From positions 71,650 to 135,649 of the forward strand of contig JAZKJG010000001.1 in assembly GCA_040384445.1 (NCBI GenBank): a stretch of DNA of 64,000 bases. The letters run 5' to 3'. This document shows positions 19,567-29,740 of the stretch, in pieces. Both the position numbers and the translations under genes were made by a program. Origin of the DNA: Patescibacteria group bacterium. GTDB taxonomy: Bacteria > Patescibacteriota > Minisyncoccia > Phycocordibacterales > CAIZLB01. The notes below the pieces were generated by a model that saw only the letters and a list, made by a program, of their open reading frames with translations, was not told the DNA's origin and did no database searches. The first letter of the stretch is position 1. Each line of letters opens with the position of its first letter.

Positions 19567-20298
19567 CTACAGAGCGTCAATATATCGCTCAAAGTATTCA
19601 AACGGAACTCCGCCAGTAATCAGAGTGGAGTTGTTGATAATAAATGAAGGTGTGGCTCGTACATTTAAATCAAGCGCAGCAGCCTTATCTGCATCAATCT
19701 GTGCTGCATATTTATTTTTTCCATCTGCTACGAGTTTGTCATAATCCAACCCAAGATCTTTTGTCAGATTTCTAAAGAATCCAACTCGTTCTTGAGTTCC
19801 GTATCGAGACCATGTACTTTGAGTCTCGAGAACTTTAGTATGTAAATTTTGATATGCCTCGTTACTTGTTTCTTGTGCAGCAAGAACCATTCGTGCCACT
19901 TCAATAGCAGGTGCACCATGAACTGGGAAAACTCTTCGTGTTACCGTGATTCTATTTCCATATGTTTCTATGAGCATCTTAACAAGAGCTTCACCTTGTA
20001 CGGCACAAGCTGGACATTCATAATCCATAAATTCAGTTACAACAATAGGAGTTGTAGAAGTACTTACTTTTGTAGCCGTTGTGCCTGTGATTTTAGGATT
20101 TACAGCTGGAGCAACAACGTTTGGGTCGAGTGTTAATCCTGTACTGATATTTTTCATAACAGTATCTTCAGAAAGAGTTCCTCCTGTTGATACTCCTTTA
20201 AACATGGTAAGTCCTATGGTGATAATAATAGCCGTCACAGCTAGTATTCCTAAAGCGACCTTAGTTTCTGTTGTAATGGGTGTTGATGTATTTTGCAT
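19567..20298 (-). CDS. dsbA: DsbA-family thiol-disulfide oxidoreductase
   Basis: EFMDYECPAC, FPVH, VRATPSF; TM anchor; ATG 20298. Confidence 0.85.
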   Translation of the reverse strand: MQNTSTPITTETKVALGILAVTAIIITIGLTMFKGVSTGGTLSEDTVMKNISTGLTLDPNVVAPAVNPKITGTTATKVSTSTTPIVVTEFMDYECPACAVQGEALVKMLIETYGNRITVTRRVFPVHGAPAIEVARMVLAAQETSNEAYQNLHTKVLETQSTWSRYGTQERVGFFRNLTKDLGLDYDKLVADGKNKYAAQIDADKAAALDLNVRATPSFIINNSTLITGGVPFEYFERYIDAL

Positions 20299-20323
20299 AC
20301 TCCCCAGTATATCAAATATCGAC

Positions 20324-20764
20324 CTATTTTGCAGAGTTCTTTTGAAGCCATTCTCGATATACCACACATCCTAAAAGAACGATAGAAAAGGCTGTAAATG
20401 ACATAAGTGGGATCGTAATAAATCCAAAGTATTCTACGTATTTAGTTGTACATGAGATACCATAACTACATGATTCACCCGGGTCGATAATGCCACTATA
20501 CAGTAGGTTGTGATATAGGGCGAATAGCCAGCCGATAATGGCAAGAGGAAACACGTAGTGATACACCTTTTTGTCACCTCTAAACATTCCAACAAAAAGA
20601 ATAGGAATAAGAGAATACATACAGATTCGCTGATACCAACATAGTACACACGGAGCATATCCTTTAATATCACTGAGATACAAACTGCCGAGCGTGGCCA
20701 CGATTGCCTGGATAAGAACTAGAATAAGGGCGTTTTTCTGGAGCCATTGGGTTGCTGTTTTCAT
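20324..20764 (-). CDS. dsbB: Disulfide bond formation protein DsbB/BdbC
   Basis: PCVLCWYQRI, second Cys pair SCSYGISC, ITIPLMS. Confidence 0.9.
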   Translation of the reverse strand: MKTATQWLQKNALILVLIQAIVATLGSLYLSDIKGYAPCVLCWYQRICMYSLIPILFVGMFRGDKKVYHYVFPLAIIGWLFALYHNLLYSGIIDPGESCSYGISCTTKYVEYFGFITIPLMSFTAFSIVLLGCVVYREWLQKNSAK

Positions 20765-20812
20765 ATATAGTAGTATACCCACAAGTCTATATATCTATGC
20801 TAGTATACAATT

Positions 20813-21529
20813 ATGACATTATATTTTATTATGCTGGCCACAGTAGTTTCAACACTTTTGGGTGGTTTAGTGGCGTTTCGATATAAAAAGTTTGCCCATA
20901 TCTTTACAGGACTTACTGCCGGAACACTTCTAGCAGTTATCTTCCTTGAGATTCTTCCAGAAATCATAGAAATGCAAGAAGGATCCTCAATGCCTCTTTT
21001 GTTTGTTCTTTTTGGATTTATTTTGTTCCATGTAGTTGAGAAAATATTTTCACTACATCATTCGCACGAAGACGGACATCATGGACATCATCATGTTGCC
21101 TCAAAAAAAGTTGGAGCCATCGCACTGATTATTCACTCATTTTTTGATGGATTAAGTATTGCAGTTGCGTATAAAGTATCTCCTGAGTTTGGGTTTTTAC
21201 TCGCACTCGCTGTGATTGCACATGATTTTAGTGATGGGTTTAATACAGTATCTTTGACTGACCGAAGTTCAAAATCAAAGTTTTATTTAGCTATTGATGC
21301 AATTGCACCAGTGCTCGGAGTACTAATCGGAACATTGATATTTATTCCAGATGCATTTCTTGCACCTATACTAGGTATCTGCGCCGGAATTCTGTTGTAC
21401 GTATGTACAGGAGACGTGTTGCCTGAAGCGCATTGTGATAAGCCAAGACATACTGTAGAACACTTATTCGCATTGTGTGCCGGTGTTGCATATATCGTGT
21501 TGATTATTACGCTACTTCCAGTATTATAG
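20813..21529 (+). CDS. ZIP-family metal (Zn) transporter
   Basis: His-rich loop HHSHEDGHHGHHH, HSFFDG, HDFSDG, LPEAH. Confidence 0.9.
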   Translation: MTLYFIMLATVVSTLLGGLVAFRYKKFAHIFTGLTAGTLLAVIFLEILPEIIEMQEGSSMPLLFVLFGFILFHVVEKIFSLHHSHEDGHHGHHHVASKKVGAIALIIHSFFDGLSIAVAYKVSPEFGFLLALAVIAHDFSDGFNTVSLTDRSSKSKFYLAIDAIAPVLGVLIGTLIFIPDAFLAPILGICAGILLYVCTGDVLPEAHCDKPRHTVEHLFALCAGVAYIVLIITLLPVL

Positions 21530-21533
21530 AGGT

Positions 21534-21875
21534 ATGAAAGTGTCAGTATACAAAGATAAAATAATTCAGGTGCTGAAAAAGAACCATCTTCTTTCTATTG
21601 CTGATATCCACGCTAAGATTCCAGAATCAAATTTTTCAACTATTTTTAGAAATATTGAAATTCTCAAAACAGAAGGGTTGGTAAAACAGGTTGTTGCAAA
21701 TAAAGATACTATTTTATATGAATTAATTCAGGCAGGGCACGAGCATGATCATTTTATTTGTACTGATTGTGGTGATGTGCAGAGTATACAAATTGACAAA
21801 AAAGCCTTACATCTAAAGGGTAAAACAAAGGTGACAGACACTGTGGTTCATGGATTTTGTACAAAGTGTTGTTAG
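21534..21875 (+). CDS. Fur-family regulator (probably Zur)
   Basis: STIFRNI, HEHDHFICTDCG, GFCTKC. Confidence 0.88.
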   Translation: MKVSVYKDKIIQVLKKNHLLSIADIHAKIPESNFSTIFRNIEILKTEGLVKQVVANKDTILYELIQAGHEHDHFICTDCGDVQSIQIDKKALHLKGKTKVTDTVVHGFCTKCC

Positions 21876-21884
21876 TGTTTTCTA

Positions 21885-21903
21885 AATGCAAACGACTTGC
21901 ATT
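21885..21903. promoter_or_regulatory. Candidate Fur/Zur box
   Basis: AATGCAA-acgac-TTGCATT inverted repeat just after the Fur gene, overlapping TTGCAT..TATAAT promoter elements. Confidence 0.6.
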
Positions 21904-21974
21904 ATAATTTGTATTATGTATAATAGAGGATAACCAACGATGATGTTGGGGATAGGAAGGAACATAATCACAAT

Positions 21975-22034
21975 ATGAAAATTTGTTTCGGAGAAGATGA
22001 TGGCTGCTGTGGCGGTGGTTGTGGATGTGGTTAG
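21975..22034 (+). CDS. 19-aa Cys/Gly-rich peptide, putative metal binder
   Basis: MKICFGEDDGCCGGGCGCG; own promoter and terminator. Confidence 0.55.
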   Translation: MKICFGEDDGCCGGGCGCG

Positions 22035-22083
22035 CCCCCCCACCTTAATTCCTCCAAGGGGAATATTAAATAATCTTGGCTCG

Positions 22084-22116
22084 AGAGTCTGGCACATCTG
22101 TGTCGGACTCTTTTTT
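22084..22116 (+). terminator. Terminator after Cys-rich peptide
   Basis: AGAGTCTGGCACA-TC-TGTGTCGGACTCT + T-tract. Confidence 0.8.
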
Positions 22117-22136
22117 AACAATGGTATAATACATAT

Positions 22137-23252
22137 ATGAAATTCATCAAATTATTTTTACTTACGTTTGCGGTACTTACCGTCACATCATTATCTGCAC
22201 AAGAGATTGTTCCTGACACGCTTGAATATCTTAAAGCAGAAGTTGTGTCAGTAGAGTTTTTGGAAGAGCGATTGCTTGTAGGTACAACAACGCGAAATGT
22301 ATACACTGTTTCAGCCCGTCTTGAAAATGGAAATATAGAAGAATTTGAAAGTGACCACTATGAAGTGGAACCTGGAGATAAAATGTATGTGCTCAAACGA
22401 ACTGACTTAGATGGAAATGTGACATACAGACTCGATGAACCAGTGAGACTTCCTATACTGTTAATCCTTACGTTTGTTTTTGTTGTTTTAAGTATTTGGA
22501 TTGGAGGAAAACAAGGTGTGAAAGGATTACTTACATTAATTGGAAGTATGTTTTTATTATTTCTATTTCTTGTTCCAAGTATCATCAAAGGGTATTCGCC
22601 AGTACTTATAAGTTTACTGGTCGCTTCATTTATAATCATCTTAGGATCATATGTTACGCATGGGTTCAATAGAACAACAAGTACAGCCATAGCAGGAATG
22701 ATCACAACAGTACTAGGGGCTGGATTGGCAACATTTGTAAGTATGTACTTGATGAAGCTGACTGGATTGTATAGTGAAGACGTTGTGTATCTTATGTTTA
22801 ATACTTCAGGGACACTCGATGTGAAAGGTTTATTGTTTGCAGGAATTATGATTGGATTACTTGGAATTTTATATGATGTGGCAATTGGACAAGCTATTGC
22901 AGTTGAGGAGTTGATACGTGCAGATGGAACGATGACGCCACGAAAACTTATTGAGCGAGGGCTTCGTATTGGACGTGAACATATTGGTGCGCTCGTTGAT
23001 ACATTGGCATTAGCATACGTTGGAGCATCACTTCCACTTCTTCTTTTATTTGCAACATCTGATGCGCCTATCTTATATATTTTAAATAGAGAAGACATCT
23101 CAACTGAACTTGTTCGAATTTTGGTAGGTAGTGCAAGTATTATAATTGCTGTTCCTATTACGACATATATTGCGGTATATGTACTTAAAAAATACGGAAT
23201 TCCGTCTCATAAAACTGAAGGTGGTTGCGGACATGTCCATCACGAGCATTAG
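22137..23252 (+). CDS. YibE/F-family membrane protein with His-rich tail
   Basis: IGLLGILYDVAI, IGREHIGALVDTLALAYVGASLP, AVPITT; ends GGCGHVHHEH. Confidence 0.85.
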   Translation: MKFIKLFLLTFAVLTVTSLSAQEIVPDTLEYLKAEVVSVEFLEERLLVGTTTRNVYTVSARLENGNIEEFESDHYEVEPGDKMYVLKRTDLDGNVTYRLDEPVRLPILLILTFVFVVLSIWIGGKQGVKGLLTLIGSMFLLFLFLVPSIIKGYSPVLISLLVASFIIILGSYVTHGFNRTTSTAIAGMITTVLGAGLATFVSMYLMKLTGLYSEDVVYLMFNTSGTLDVKGLLFAGIMIGLLGILYDVAIGQAIAVEELIRADGTMTPRKLIERGLRIGREHIGALVDTLALAYVGASLPLLLLFATSDAPILYILNREDISTELVRILVGSASIIIAVPITTYIAVYVLKKYGIPSHKTEGGCGHVHHEH

Positions 23253-23277
23253 TATAAAAACATGATATGATATACGC

Positions 23278-24258
23278 ATGTCAGAATACTATAGCGACTC
23301 TATCTTCTGGATAGATGTAGATAAAATAAATCCAAACCCATATCAACCACGACGAGAATTTGATCCTGTCGCACTTCAGGACTTGTCGGACTCTATTCGT
23401 ATGTATGGTCTGCTGCAGCCGATAACGGTGACTCGAAAAGAGCACATGAAAGAAGATGGCGGTCTTGCTGTACAATATGAACTTATTTCTGGAGAGCGAC
23501 GAACACGAGCGGCAAAGCTTGCAGGTCTCGCACAAATCCCTGCAATCATCCGAGCCAAAGAAGAAGACGCACGAACAAAACTAGAACTTGCGATTATTGA
23601 AAATATTCAACGAGAAGATTTAAACGTGATTGATCGAGCGCGAGCTTTTCAACAGCTTGTACAAGAGTTCGGATTTAAGCATATCCAAGTTGCAGAGAAA
23701 ATGGGTAAGAGTCGAGAGTATGTTACAAACAGTATGCGACTTTTGAATCTTCCATCGCACATGCTTGATGCACTCGGGCAGAAAAAAATTATGGAAGGTC
23801 ATACTCGACCACTTCTGATGCTTACAGATCGGCCAGAAGAACAGGAAGCTTTGTTTCAAGATATAATTCTTCGAAAATTAAACGTTCGAGAATCTGAGAT
23901 GATTGCACGAAAGATTGCGAAAGATAGAGCGCGAAAGAAAGAAAAAGATTTAAATCCTGAGATTATTGAGTTTGAACAAAGATTAAACGAAGCACTTGGA
24001 ACTAGAGTTCATATTGAATCAAAAGAACAAGGAGGAAAAATTGTGATTGACTATTATGACCTTGTAGATCTTAAAAAGTTACTTGAGAAGTTGCATAACG
24101 AAGGTCCAGTGTCGATTGGTGAGGTGATGGATGAAAATATTTTGGTAAATGATAATGGTGATACGATTGTGCTTGAACCGATTTCAAATGATACATCGAG
24201 TGTGACGGATGTAGATGAGGATCCAGATATATATAGTGTGATGAAGTTTAGTGTGTAG
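23278..24258 (+). CDS. parB: ParB/Spo0J partition protein
   Basis: PNPYQPR, GLLQPI, SGERR, IENIQREDLN, GKSREYV. Confidence 0.93.
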   Translation: MSEYYSDSIFWIDVDKINPNPYQPRREFDPVALQDLSDSIRMYGLLQPITVTRKEHMKEDGGLAVQYELISGERRTRAAKLAGLAQIPAIIRAKEEDARTKLELAIIENIQREDLNVIDRARAFQQLVQEFGFKHIQVAEKMGKSREYVTNSMRLLNLPSHMLDALGQKKIMEGHTRPLLMLTDRPEEQEALFQDIILRKLNVRESEMIARKIAKDRARKKEKDLNPEIIEFEQRLNEALGTRVHIESKEQGGKIVIDYYDLVDLKKLLEKLHNEGPVSIGEVMDENILVNDNGDTIVLEPISNDTSSVTDVDEDPDIYSVMKFSV

Positions 24259-24262
24259 TAAG

Positions 24263-24299
24263 AAAAAGCCCCAAGACCTGTGAAGGTCGAGGGGTTTTT
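24263..24299. terminator. Bidirectional hairpin with internal loop
   Basis: AAAAAGCCCC-AA-GACCT/AGGTC-GA-GGGGTTTTT. Confidence 0.8.
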
Positions 24300-24309
24300 G
24301 GGTGGGGGT

Positions 24310-24735
24310 TTAGGGTACTGGTACATGTACAGGAATGTATTTTTTTATCATTTCCTCAACTTCTTTTTGACCGTTCAGTAACGCCAGAATTTTTTGATTT
24401 CTACTTGTGAGAATCAGACTGCAGACTTTTGGGGGTGTGAGTCCGGCTTTTAGGAATTGTGTGAACCACTCGAAGTCTTCGTCGTCAACCAAAGCAAAGT
24501 TCAATGTATCCGAGACAGAAATTCTGACTACGAATGGGAGTGATACACATCCTTCAGGTTGGTCGGGAATTAATTCGCAATCAAATTTCCACGCTAAACT
24601 AAACTTTAAAGATGATTGTCGGTCAGCTAAAACTCTGTAGCCAGATTTCAAAAGTGCATCAATGAGTGTGATGCAGGAATCAGTAAGTCTTTTTCTGTTT
24701 TCAGTATCGTTGCTTGTTAAAACTACTTTCTTCAT
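24310..24735 (-). CDS. Hypothetical protein (orphan cassette)
   Basis: ATG 24735 downstream of TTGACA-17-TATTCT (24813 leftwards). Confidence 0.6.
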   Translation of the reverse strand: MKKVVLTSNDTENRKRLTDSCITLIDALLKSGYRVLADRQSSLKFSLAWKFDCELIPDQPEGCVSLPFVVRISVSDTLNFALVDDEDFEWFTQFLKAGLTPPKVCSLILTSRNQKILALLNGQKEVEEMIKKYIPVHVPVP

Positions 24736-24816
24736 AAAGATCGTGGGTGAAGGTTTGAATGACGCTACGTTGCGTGACCATAGTAGAATACCTTTGGAGT
24801 ATGAGATTGTCAAACT

Positions 24817-24850
24817 AAAACCCCGCACCAACAAGTGGTGCGAGGAGTTT
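24817..24850 (-). terminator. Bulged hairpin between two cassettes
   Basis: CGCACCA/TGGTGCG core, bulged outer stem. Confidence 0.7.
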
Positions 24851-24852
24851 GC

Positions 24853-25167
24853 TCAGAGGTCTTCTGTGAAGACAATGTGATGATATCCGAGGTTTGCTGC
24901 CAACTCATTGAATTGATCATTTTTGAAAGCAGAGCCACGATACCCGGCGTTCGCCAACACGAGCTCGAGTTGGTTCACCGTTTCCTCGTCAGGTTTTTCG
25001 TTTGTAATTGAGGTGAAGTAGATCACATGAATCTTTGCAAGGGGTAAAAATAATTTTTTCCTTTTAAAGCCATGTTCCTCCAAATTACCAACTCTCATAC
25101 GAGCTGCAAAATAGAGGAGAACAAAGAGAATGGTGATAATGAAAATGAAATATTTGGACTCAAACAT
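24853..25167 (-). CDS. Hypothetical protein with N-terminal TM (orphan cassette)
   Basis: 104 aa; leader hairpin GCTAC/GTAGC. Confidence 0.6.
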   Translation of the reverse strand: MFESKYFIFIITILFVLLYFAARMRVGNLEEHGFKRKKLFLPLAKIHVIYFTSITNEKPDEETVNQLELVLANAGYRGSAFKNDQFNELAANLGYHHIVFTEDL

Positions 25168-25248
25168 AAGTTATAAAGTGCTAAGGGTGAATTGCTACGA
25201 AAAAGTAGCTTGTACACAACATAACACAAATACAGTACACATCAAACC

Positions 25249-27453
25249 CTACTCCGCCTTTTTCTTCTTCGCGAAACCTCTCGGTTTCTTTGGGGTATTA
25301 AGTAACTCCATCGCCTCATCAAACGTTACCTTGAACACATCCACATTTTTAAGTGATCTGAAATCACCATCACATCCAACATATGGACCAAATCGTCCTT
25401 TATTTGCAATCACATCTTTATCATTCGCTGGATTTTTTCCAAGAACTCGAGGAAGTGATAAATAGAGTAATGCTTGCTCAACAGTAACTTCTGAAGGGTT
25501 TACTTCTTTTGGGATACTTGCCATACGAGGTTTCTTTACCTTTGGAGTTTTTTCACCAAGCTGTACAAAAGGACCAAAACGCCCATTCTTTACATAAATA
25601 GACATGCCTGTTTCTGGATCTGTACCAATTGGTTCATCAGCTTTAATTTCAACACCATCAATCGTGAGCGAACCAAGGCATTCTGGAAACTTTGAACAAG
25701 ATAGAAATTTACCACCACGTGAAAGTTTAATATCCATGGCTGATCCACAGAGTGGGCATACGAATTCAGTTGATTGCCCCATGTTTGTAATTTTCGCATC
25801 CGTACTTTTCAGCTTAACTTCTTTGAGAAATGGTTTATAGAAATCTCCAAGTACTTTTTCGTACGTAGTTTTTCCTTCAGCAATAAGGTCGAGCTTGTCT
25901 TCCATCTCAGCGGTAAAAGAATCACTAATATAGTGTTCAAAGTTTTCTTCTAGAAATGTACTTACCACATCTCCAACATCAGTAGGCTTCAATGCTCGTC
26001 CAAGTTTTTCTACATACTCTCGTTCCTCAAGGGTTCTCATAATACTTGCATATGTTGACGGACGTCCGATACCTCGTTTCTCGAGTTCTTTCACTAGTCC
26101 TGCCTCTGTATATCTACCCGGCGGTTCTGTGAACTTTTCTGTTGATTCAATTCCAAGAAAATCAAATGCATTTCCAACTGTGAGTGCAGGAACTTCAACA
26201 TCTTCACCTCGTGCAACCGGATCTGCTTTTAGCCAGCCATCAAAAAGAATTCGTGATCCATTAATTGTAAAGTCTGGAAATGAAATTTTTTCTCCACCCT
26301 TAACATTCGCAACAATCTTTGTTCGCAAAGTTTTTGCATCACTCATTTGTGAAGAAATTGTTCGTGCTAAAATCAAATCATACAAACGCTTTTCATCATC
26401 TGTATTTCCAGCTGAAGCTTTTGCGATATTAGTTGGTCGTATTGCTTCGTGGGCCTCTTGTGCGTTTTTTACTTTTGAACTAAAAGATCTTGCTTCAACA
26501 TATTCTGCACCATATACTTTTTTAATATATCCAAGAATACTTTCTTGGGCAGCTTTTCCTAAGTTTGTACTATCAGTTCGCATGTATGTAATATGTCCAT
26601 GCTCGTACAGCTTTTGTGCAGCTCGCATCGTTCGTGAAGGGGAGAATCCAAGTCGAGTTGAGGCAACTTGTTGAATTGTTGATGTGATAAATGGTGCTTT
26701 AGGAGATCGTTTTACTTCACCTGATTCAATATCTTTTACATACCAATTTTTTGCATTGTCGTGAGCTTGTTTTACAATCTCTTCTGCTCTCTCAACTTTT
26801 CTAACATCTTCTACACATGTGTATCCTAATGCCGTTGTTTTCGTTCCAGACGGAGTTAAAGATGCAATAAGGGTATAATATGCTTCCGGTACAAACGCAC
26901 GAATCTCACGCTCACGTTCCATAATAATTCGGAGCGCTGGTGACTGAACTCGACCTGCTGAAAGCCCGTATCGAACTTTTTTCCAGATCAATCCTGACAA
27001 ATCATATCCTACGAGTCTATCAAGTACACGTCGCGCCTCCTGAGCATGTCGAAGTTCCTGATCAATTTTTCTGGGATGTGCAATTGCTTCTAGAATTGCT
27101 TCTTTTGTAATCTCAGTATATGTAATTCGTTTCGCATCTTTCAACTTTAATGTTTGCTGAACATGCCACGCAATAGCTTCTCCTTCTCGGTCGTGGTCGG
27201 CTGCAAGATATACTGAATCAACTTTTTTTACTGCCGCTTCAAGCTCTCGAACAACTTTTTCTTTTCCGGCTGAGATTTCATAGTTCGGCTTAAAATCATT
27301 TTCAATATCAATAGCTTTTTTGTTATTTTTAGGAAGATCTCTGATGTGTCCAACAGATGACATTACAATATATTCATCGCCAAGATACTTGCCGATAGTT
27401 TTAGCTTTTGAAGGAGACTCAACAATAATTAAATGTTTTAAAGCTTTAGTCAT
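25249..27453 (-). CDS. topA: DNA topoisomerase I
   Basis: IVESPSKAKTI, DREGEAI, SAGRVQS, ITYMRTDS; Zn ribbon and C-terminal GRFGP repeats; ATG 27453. Confidence 0.97.
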   Translation of the reverse strand: MTKALKHLIIVESPSKAKTIGKYLGDEYIVMSSVGHIRDLPKNNKKAIDIENDFKPNYEISAGKEKVVRELEAAVKKVDSVYLAADHDREGEAIAWHVQQTLKLKDAKRITYTEITKEAILEAIAHPRKIDQELRHAQEARRVLDRLVGYDLSGLIWKKVRYGLSAGRVQSPALRIIMEREREIRAFVPEAYYTLIASLTPSGTKTTALGYTCVEDVRKVERAEEIVKQAHDNAKNWYVKDIESGEVKRSPKAPFITSTIQQVASTRLGFSPSRTMRAAQKLYEHGHITYMRTDSTNLGKAAQESILGYIKKVYGAEYVEARSFSSKVKNAQEAHEAIRPTNIAKASAGNTDDEKRLYDLILARTISSQMSDAKTLRTKIVANVKGGEKISFPDFTINGSRILFDGWLKADPVARGEDVEVPALTVGNAFDFLGIESTEKFTEPPGRYTEAGLVKELEKRGIGRPSTYASIMRTLEEREYVEKLGRALKPTDVGDVVSTFLEENFEHYISDSFTAEMEDKLDLIAEGKTTYEKVLGDFYKPFLKEVKLKSTDAKITNMGQSTEFVCPLCGSAMDIKLSRGGKFLSCSKFPECLGSLTIDGVEIKADEPIGTDPETGMSIYVKNGRFGPFVQLGEKTPKVKKPRMASIPKEVNPSEVTVEQALLYLSLPRVLGKNPANDKDVIANKGRFGPYVGCDGDFRSLKNVDVFKVTFDEAMELLNTPKKPRGFAKKKKAE

Positions 27454-27491
27454 TGTAGTAGTAATACCATATATATATAGAGTGTGGCAAA

Positions 27492-28400
27492 TTAACGCTT
27501 TATACACACCCTCCCTAAACTCATCTTCACTAACCCGTGAAGTTCCAAAATTGTCACATAAATTGACACATCCATACTACTCATAGAAAGAAGTTCGGAA
27601 ATATATTCTTTTGTTACTCCATCCGCAAAACTTTTCACACATTCGAGAATTTGTTTTTCTTTTTCACCAAGAGTTGGTGCAAATTCGTGAGTACTTAGTG
27701 TTTCCTCCGGAATCTCCACCCCATCTTTCCAAAGTTCTACACCATGTATCAAAGCCAAGTTCGTCAATACCTCTGTCAATGTTTCGAGAGATATAAAAAT
27801 TCTTGCTCCTTTATTGATAAGTTCATGTGTACCACGGGATGTTGCTGAATATATGGATCCAGGAATTGCAATAACTTCACGACCATAGTCAGTTGCTAAA
27901 TGCGCGGTGATGAGAGTTCCAGAACTTTGCTCAGCCTCGATCACAATAGTGAGATGTGACATACCAGCCATCAAACGATTGCGAATAGGAAAAGTCCACG
28001 GAGCGGCACGAACAAGAGGTTTGAATTCATTTACAATAAGCCCACCATTTTCAATAATCTTTTGTTTCAAATCAAGATGTGCTCGCGGATAAAAAACTTC
28101 GTCATCAATTCCTGATCCAGGGATAGCAATAGTTGGAATGCCATGCCCGATCGATAATTCGTGTACAATTCCATCAATACCATATGCTGCACCTGAGACT
28201 GTGATGATATTCATCCGTTTTAAATGCTCCATAATATGTCGAACACAATCTTGACCGTACGAACTGGCTTTTCGAGGCCCTACAATACACACATACAGAT
28301 GCGTTTTTGACTGCAGAAGTTGAACATTACCCTCACTATAAAGCTCCTTGGGTGGATCGGGGATATGGGCAAGTAAACCATGTATGGAAGTGTGATGCAT
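27492..28400 (-). CDS. dprA: DNA processing protein DprA
   Basis: IVGPR, VSGAAYGID, FPIRNRLMAG, SGTLITA, C-terminal wHTH. Confidence 0.93.
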   Translation of the reverse strand: MHHTSIHGLLAHIPDPPKELYSEGNVQLLQSKTHLYVCIVGPRKASSYGQDCVRHIMEHLKRMNIITVSGAAYGIDGIVHELSIGHGIPTIAIPGSGIDDEVFYPRAHLDLKQKIIENGGLIVNEFKPLVRAAPWTFPIRNRLMAGMSHLTIVIEAEQSSGTLITAHLATDYGREVIAIPGSIYSATSRGTHELINKGARIFISLETLTEVLTNLALIHGVELWKDGVEIPEETLSTHEFAPTLGEKEKQILECVKSFADGVTKEYISELLSMSSMDVSIYVTILELHGLVKMSLGRVCIKR

Positions 28401-28465
28401 GGAAATAGTGTGACTTTTCTGATATCATGTTTTTATAAAGGATTTATCCATAAAATATAAATAAT

Positions 28466-29740
28466 ATGCTCGATATCAAATTCATCCGGGAACACAAAGA
28501 CATAATTAAAGAAGCTTCACGAAAGAAAAGAATACCATTTGATGTAGATGCGCTTATTTCCTTAGATGATACACGACGGACTCTTTTGACAAATATGGAA
28601 AACAAAAAGGCTGAGCAAAACAAGCTAGGTCTTTTTATTGCCAATCCACAACACCTTGGATCAAACTATCAGAAAGAAGAAGTGATGGAGAAACTGAAAG
28701 GATTAAAAGAGGAGATGAAAAAAGAGGAAGAAGAATTAAACACTGTCATGAAATCATGGCAAGAAATGATGCTTGGAGTTCCGAACGTTCCAGACATGTC
28801 AGTGCCAGAAGGGGCGAGCGAGGATGATAACCAGGAACTACGAGTATGGGGGGATGTTCCTAAATTCGACTTCGAAGTTAAGAATCATATTGAACTATGT
28901 GAATCTCTGGGGATGGCAGATTTTGAACGAGGAGCAAAGATCTCAGGATTTAGAGGATATGTATTAAAAGGAGCAGGGGCTCGACTTGAATTTGCGATCT
29001 GGCAATACGTGATGGATTTTCTAATCAAGCGTGGATACGATCCTATGATCGTTCCATCACTCGTTCGACGTGAATCACTTCTTGGAACTGGATACATTCC
29101 ACAAGGTGAAGATGATTTATATAAAACACAGGACGGAGATTATCTTGCAGGAACTGCAGAAGTTGCAACAATGAGTTTTCATGCAGGAGAAGTGTTAGAC
29201 CAAAAAGAATTACCAAAAAAGATTATTGCATTCTCACCATGTTTTAGACGAGAGGCAGGAAGCCACAGTAAAGATACAAAAGGACTTATTCGAGTACACG
29301 AATTTTTCAAACTGGAGCAAGTGATTTTGTGTGAAGCAAGTCATGAGCAATCTGTGAATTTCCATGAAGAACTTTTGAAAAATACAGAAGACATTATGCA
29401 AGAGCTTGAGATTCCATATCGAGTACTCCTTATGTGTACAGCAGATATTGGACTTGGACATGTGAAAAAATATGACGTAGAAGCCTGGGTACCAAGTCAG
29501 AACACATATAGAGAAACACACAGCGCATCGTATTTCCACGATTTCCAAGCACGACGACTAAACATCCGATACCGAGATGCTGAAGGTAAAATGAAATTCG
29601 TTCACTCTTTGAACAACACTGCAATCGCAACTCCTCGAATTCTTGTAAGTATTATTGAAAATAATCAGCAAGCTGACGGAAGTATAAAGATTCCAAAAGC
29701 TCTGCTTCCATACATGCATGGTAGTGAAATCATTAACTAG
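28466..29740 (+). CDS. serS: Serine--tRNA ligase
   Basis: MLDIKFIRE, GTAEV, CFRREAGS, GLIRVHEF, HSLNNT. Confidence 0.97.
   Translation: MLDIKFIREHKDIIKEASRKKRIPFDVDALISLDDTRRTLLTNMENKKAEQNKLGLFIANPQHLGSNYQKEEVMEKLKGLKEEMKKEEEELNTVMKSWQEMMLGVPNVPDMSVPEGASEDDNQELRVWGDVPKFDFEVKNHIELCESLGMADFERGAKISGFRGYVLKGAGARLEFAIWQYVMDFLIKRGYDPMIVPSLVRRESLLGTGYIPQGEDDLYKTQDGDYLAGTAEVATMSFHAGEVLDQKELPKKIIAFSPCFRREAGSHSKDTKGLIRVHEFFKLEQVILCEASHEQSVNFHEELLKNTEDIMQELEIPYRVLLMCTADIGLGHVKKYDVEAWVPSQNTYRETHSASYFHDFQARRLNIRYRDAEGKMKFVHSLNNTAIATPRILVSIIENNQQADGSIKIPKALLPYMHGSEIIN

Noticed and set aside
21882-22121. 79-aa minus-strand ORF
   Set aside because: Antisense to the promoter, Cys-peptide and terminator unit; no motif.
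22358-23098. 246-aa antisense ORF
   Set aside because: Mirror frame of the hydrophobic yibE/F gene.
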